The translations under genes and the position numbers were made by a program. Positions 59,878 through 64,000 of a stretch of 64,000 nucleotides of DNA are shown piece by piece; position 1 is the first letter of the stretch; each line of letters starts with the position of its first letter. Origin of the DNA: Alphaproteobacteria bacterium (GTDB lineage: Bacteria; Pseudomonadota; Alphaproteobacteria; SP197); NCBI GenBank assembly GCA_964291415.2, contig OZ219918.1, positions 1,056,001 through 1,120,000 on the forward strand. The letters run 5' to 3'. Below the pieces are notes generated by a model. It was given only the letters and a program-made list of their open reading frames with translations, made no database searches and was not told the origin of the DNA.

Positions 59878-60375
59878 ATGATCGTTCGCAAGCTGCGCCT
59901 CGAACGGGGTTTCTCCCAGGAGCAACTCGCATCGATGGCGGGTGTCAGCGTCCGCACCCTTCAGCGCATAGAGCGTGGCGCGACCCCGAGTGCCGAGACC
60001 CTCAAGTGCCTTGCCGCTGTTCTGGACACCGACTTTTCCACCCTGCGCAAGGAGCAAGACATGACCACCGCAGCCGACATCCCGGAACTCTCCGAAGACG
60101 AAAGGGATGCCATGGAATATGTCCGGGACATCCAGGGGTTCTACATCCACGCCGTCCAGTACGTCGTCGTCATCGCCGGCCTCGCGGCAGTCAACCTCGT
60201 CACCAGCCCGGGCTACCTCTGGTTTCTCTGGGCCGCCCTCGGCTGGGGCACTGGCGTTGCCGTCCACGGCCTCAGCGTGTTCGAGATCGTCAATCTGTTC
60301 GGCGACGGCTGGGAAAGACGCCAGGTCGCAAAGCGTCTCGCAAAGATCCGGCGGAACCGCAACACAAACCCGTGA
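59878..60375 (+). CDS. XRE-family HTH regulator fused to a 2TM domain
   Basis: LRLERGFSQEQLA..AGVSVRTLQRIERG; GFYIH...WF.W..LGWG.G..VH..WE. Confidence 0.9.
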   Translation: MIVRKLRLERGFSQEQLASMAGVSVRTLQRIERGATPSAETLKCLAAVLDTDFSTLRKEQDMTTAADIPELSEDERDAMEYVRDIQGFYIHAVQYVVVIAGLAAVNLVTSPGYLWFLWAALGWGTGVAVHGLSVFEIVNLFGDGWERRQVAKRLAKIRRNRNTNP

Positions 60376-60682
60376 CCCACGTTTCACGGATCCCCGCCGG
60401 TTTCATTGGGGACAGCAGCAACATGCGGCCGGGTTCTTTCTGACACAGCTTGCGTTGCATCCCAAGCTGCGTTCCGGTGTGACCCCCGAAGCCGGTCCCG
60501 GCCGGCCGGAGCCTGATTCGCGCTGAACCGGGAATCTGGCAGAGAGGAACCGCCGGGGGGAGGCGGGTTCGCGACTTGCTGCGCTCGGACGGTCTGGTCC
60601 GAGCCATCCTCCGCGCGACGTGATGTGCTGTACGCGGTGGCATGCACATGGATAATCGTCTGTCTGACGAAACGGAGCGGCC

Positions 60683-61324
60683 ATGGATCTGGATGTCGAA
60701 CGCCTCATCGGCGCCGTGGAGCGCACAGTGACGTCCTTGGAGTGCGACGGACAGGCTGCGCGCGCGGTCACCCTCGCGCGCAGCTACGCGACGACAGTGG
60801 AGGATCTCTGGGATGCCGTGACGAGCGCGGAGAGAATCCCGCGCTGGTTCCTGCCTGTCAGCGGCCGTCTCGAACTTGGCGGTCGCTACCAACTGGAGGG
60901 AAATGCTGGCGGCACGATCAGGGACTGCGAGCGTCCCTCATATCTCGGGCTGACGTGGGAGTTCGGAGGTGACGTGAGTTGGGTGGAAGCGCATCTCGGC
61001 AGTGATGGTGCCGGCCGCTCGCGCCTTGCGATTACGCATACCGCCCTGGTATCCGATCACTGGCACACGTTCGGTCCCGGTGCCGTCGGCGTAGGTTGGG
61101 AGATGGGCCTGCTGGGGATGGAACTGCATCTTGCGCGGCCGCACGAACCCAAGTTGGACGTTGCAACGTTCCACACGACGCGCGACGGAAGAGCGCTCCT
61201 CGTCGCAAGCAGCGCGGCGTGGGGCCGGGCGGCCGAGGCAGAGGGAACGGACCCCGACGCTGCGCGCGCAGCGGCGCAGCGCACGGCGGCCTTCTACACG
61301 GGCGACACAGTCGCGCCGGATTGA
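60683..61324 (+). CDS. SRPBCC (AHSA1-like) family protein
   Basis: EDLWDAVT..ERIPRWFLPVSG, NAGGTI..C.RP, GPGAVGVGW. Confidence 0.88.
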   Translation: MDLDVERLIGAVERTVTSLECDGQAARAVTLARSYATTVEDLWDAVTSAERIPRWFLPVSGRLELGGRYQLEGNAGGTIRDCERPSYLGLTWEFGGDVSWVEAHLGSDGAGRSRLAITHTALVSDHWHTFGPGAVGVGWEMGLLGMELHLARPHEPKLDVATFHTTRDGRALLVASSAAWGRAAEAEGTDPDAARAAAQRTAAFYTGDTVAPD

Positions 61325-61624
61325 TGCGCACTTTCGACGAGATCCGCGGGTGTGCTGCGGTGCTGTTGTCCATGCATTATCAGTCGCAGGCGTTGACTCG
61401 TCATCGCGGTGGGAATGATTGCTCCGTCGCGCCTCGTGCAAGAAACACAAGGCAGCATTTCAATGGAGGCGGCGGCACGAGCCTGGACGGCGGTGACCCG
61501 GAAAAGCCCGTCCACGTCCTCGTCTTCGCCGAGGAAGGGCACATCGCCTGAAGACGGCAGCCGCATTCTGGAAGATGTACAGGCCCTTTGCTACGATGGG
61601 AAACTCCAAACCACGGGGCATGTC

Positions 61625-62896
61625 ATGGACGGTCCGCAGGCAATCGGGAACCGGGTTGAGGCGGATGCGGACTCGCCGGTCTATGTGCCGCCGCTCCAGT
61701 TGACGGAGGGGCAACCGCCGCCCATCGCCGCGAATGGCGGGCTGTCCTACATGTCGTTCGACCGGGACGGAGACGCGGGAACCGCCGCGGCGCTGGAGGC
61801 AGCGCTCCAGCAGATTGCCGACGGGCCGAGCCGGATGCTCATCGACAGGCTCGACAATGCGCCCCCCGGCCCGATCGAGACCAAGTGGGGGTTCGGATTC
61901 CGTGGTTATGACGAGTGCGTGGAGCATATCCGCGCCATCGGCATGGAAGCCCCGGAAGGGGGCGTGGCGCTTCCGCTACGGTACACCGTCTATGAGCATC
62001 CCTCTTACTCCGTGGTGTCGTCCAATGCACTCTGGCGGGACCCGGCGCGCGAGGCCGAGGCGGAGCTGCTGCGCCGGTCCGAAGACGAGGCGGGGCAGCG
62101 CGGCCTCTACTTCCCGCAGGTGCTGCGCGATGCGCGCCGGATCGGCGAATTCCATCCCGGCCTCTCTCCCTGCAGCCCCGAATGCATGGACCGGCTCGGC
62201 GTCTCGCTGGCGCACCTCGAGTCCACATGCACCAATTTCTACGATTCGGCGGAAGTGGAGCGCATCTTCTACCCGGAGATCGAGACGCTGCTGCTCGAGT
62301 TCTTCCCGGATGCCACCGACGCGCTGGTCTACAACCACGACGTCTTCGACAAGGACTATCAGGGCGACCGCACGGAAGACCAGGACGCCAAGAACCCCGG
62401 CGTGAATGCGGGCTATGCCAACCTCGTCCACAACGATCTGAACGACAACAGCGGGCGCGTGCGCTGCCGCGAGTTGCTGACGAAGAACCTCCGGAATTTC
62501 GGGCGCACGCAGCATTACACGGAGGCGGAGGCCGACGCGAAAATGTCGCGGCGGTTCATGTCCATCAACCTGGCCAAGCCGATGGAGACGGTGGAGCAGT
62601 TCCCCTTCGTGCTCTGCGCCTGGCCGTCCTTCGCCGACCAGCCTTACATCACCAGCTACCGCATCTATGACGACCGGGTCGGCGAAACGACCCGCTTCAC
62701 CTACCGGTCCGACCACGAGTGGTACTGGCTCCCGCAGCAGAAGCCGAACGAGGTTTCGATGCTGAAGTGCTACGACTCCGTAACGGATGGTTCGGTGTCG
62801 CGCTGGTCTTTCCATACGGGCTGCGTCGACCCGACGGCGCCGGCCGACGCGCGCTGCCGCAAGAACGTCGTCGTCCGCTCCTACGTCTTCTTCTAG
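61625..62896 (+). CDS. CmcJ/NvfI/AsaB-like Fe(II)/2OG-type oxidoreductase with N-terminal extension
   Basis: NFYD..EV...FYPE, VHND, INL.KP, H.WYW.P...P.EV..LKCYDS, FH....DP, R....VR; start uncertain. Confidence 0.75.
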   Translation: MDGPQAIGNRVEADADSPVYVPPLQLTEGQPPPIAANGGLSYMSFDRDGDAGTAAALEAALQQIADGPSRMLIDRLDNAPPGPIETKWGFGFRGYDECVEHIRAIGMEAPEGGVALPLRYTVYEHPSYSVVSSNALWRDPAREAEAELLRRSEDEAGQRGLYFPQVLRDARRIGEFHPGLSPCSPECMDRLGVSLAHLESTCTNFYDSAEVERIFYPEIETLLLEFFPDATDALVYNHDVFDKDYQGDRTEDQDAKNPGVNAGYANLVHNDLNDNSGRVRCRELLTKNLRNFGRTQHYTEAEADAKMSRRFMSINLAKPMETVEQFPFVLCAWPSFADQPYITSYRIYDDRVGETTRFTYRSDHEWYWLPQQKPNEVSMLKCYDSVTDGSVSRWSFHTGCVDPTAPADARCRKNVVVRSYVFF

Positions 62897-63183
62897 GAGC
62901 GGGAGCCGGCTGGTGAGGACCTCGCCTCCGGCGCTGCCGGTCCTGATTCCGCTGTCCCCACGATCCTCGGAGCCCGGGCAGGTCAATGCATGATGACTGG
63001 GCATGTCGCCTGGCGCGCAGGGCGGTCGGTAGGCCATCGAGACGTTGCGTTCATCATTTGGAGCCTGAAGCGTTCATTGCCCGCCCGGAAGCGGCAATCG
63101 ATGACATGAAGGTCGGCTCGCCGGACGCCGAACATCGCGAGCGTTGAACCGCGCCGAGTGCAGTCGTTGAATCCGGTTTCGCG

Positions 63184-63663
63184 TCAGTAGGGCGTGCCGT
63201 TCTTGCGGGTGAAGCGCCAATTGCCGTCCGCGCCCATGACGGCCCGGAGATCGTCCTGCGGATAGCTCCCTTCGTCGCCTTTCGACCGGTCGCCGATTTC
63301 GAGAATCACAACGTCCCGGTCCGTATCGTTGAGGATGTGGTGCGCCTCGCCCCGGGCCGGGAAGCCGGCACACATGCCGGCGGAGAGCCGCGTTTCGCCG
63401 GACGGGGTTGCCAGGACCGCCTCGCCCTCCAGCACATAGATCAACTCGTCTTGCTTGCTGTGACTGTGCATCAGCGCAGACTCGCCTCCGGGCGCGATCC
63501 TGGTCAGGTTCACGCCGAATGCGTTCAAGCCGAAGAAGTCGCCGAGCGCCCGCTTTTGCCGCCGCGCCATGCGGCTGGCGAAGGGCTCGGGATAGTTGGA
63601 CGGCTTCGTTCGGTGCGGCACGTCCGCGGCCGCTATGGCGACCTGCGCGTTGTCGTGGATCAT
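63184..63663 (-). CDS. cupin domain protein
   Basis: SNYPEPF, LGDFFGL..FGVN, PG.ESA..H.H..QDE, GFPA..AH, GDR....YP.DDL. Confidence 0.9.
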   Translation of the reverse strand: MIHDNAQVAIAAADVPHRTKPSNYPEPFASRMARRQKRALGDFFGLNAFGVNLTRIAPGGESALMHSHSKQDELIYVLEGEAVLATPSGETRLSAGMCAGFPARGEAHHILNDTDRDVVILEIGDRSKGDEGSYPQDDLRAVMGADGNWRFTRKNGTPY

Positions 63664-63952
63664 TGCTGTTTCCTTGCCGCCTTGCTTCAGGCTTCGGTTG
63701 GAGTCTTCTTCAGGATAACCCCTCGACCATCATCGGGACCTGCCGCGATTCCACCGCTACCTCCTCGCACCAGGTGCGCTGGATCCGGTGTCCCGGCGTC
63801 GGCGCCGGGGAGAGTTTCGCAGGGTTCCTGCATCAACTGCGCTCAATGAGCAGTTTTCAGTCGGAATTGACTGAAAGGTGCGAGAAGCGCTACCTCAGGT
63901 TCTCTCAGACGCCTTACTCTTGGCTCCTTGTGCCGGGTGGCCATCTGCCGGA

Positions 63953-64000
63953 ATGAGAATCTCCCTATACTACAATCCGAAATGCCCGGACTGTGTGCGG
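63953..64000 (+). CDS. partial CxxC protein (thioredoxin-fold-like start), runs off the window
   Basis: MRISLYYNPKCPDCVR, open to the end of the window. Confidence 0.45.
   Translation, partial: MRISLYYNPKCPDCVR

Noticed and set aside
57633-59957. Apparent 774-aa LptF, and extended SBP, MutS and Na/Pi N-termini in the ORF track
   Set aside because: The extensions are antisense to real genes or low-information; internal starts give normal family lengths.
61324-61551. Possible gene debris (MRTFDEIR...; KPVHVLVFAEEGH resembling a serine peptidase tail)
   Set aside because: Matches are too short to support without a search.

Overview
GC-rich bacterial chromosome segment, most consistent with an alphaproteobacterium (16S-Ile-Ala-23S-5S-fMet operon; A29-U41 initiator tRNA; lptFGD-surA-rsmA and mutS-glnD gene order). 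1-3.6 kb is the distal part of an rRNA operon whose 23S carries several compensatory changes in normally near-invariant helices. 3.6-45 kb is an accessory region for amine, amino-acid and N-methyl-compound catabolism and uptake: an SBP/RraA/HpcH/AruI-like operon, an aromatic amino-acid decarboxylase, an Stf0 sulfotransferase, a LysR-linked MocD-like desaturase/PanB-like/DddP-like/MocE operon, an OYE flavoprotein facing a Rieske oxygenase that has lost its Rieske ligands, oppABCDF, three M24 enzymes, a class III aminotransferase, diaminopropionate ammonia-lyase and PuuD. It is interspersed with gene relics (Calx-beta, class II aldolase, HAD, internally deleted PIN toxin, SbcD-like chimera) and a 1.8 kb islet bracketed by a duplication of the mocE 3' end. 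45-59 kb is a tightly packed core block (MATE, glnD, mutS, rsmA, surA, lptD, lptG, lptF) that lacks the usual pdxA. 59-64 kb holds VOC, XRE-2TM, SRPBCC, CmcJ/NvfI-like and cupin genes. The best candidate for an undescribed system is the 14.5-24.6 kb oxidative (possibly demethylating) cluster. All family calls come from motif recognition by eye; no searches were run.
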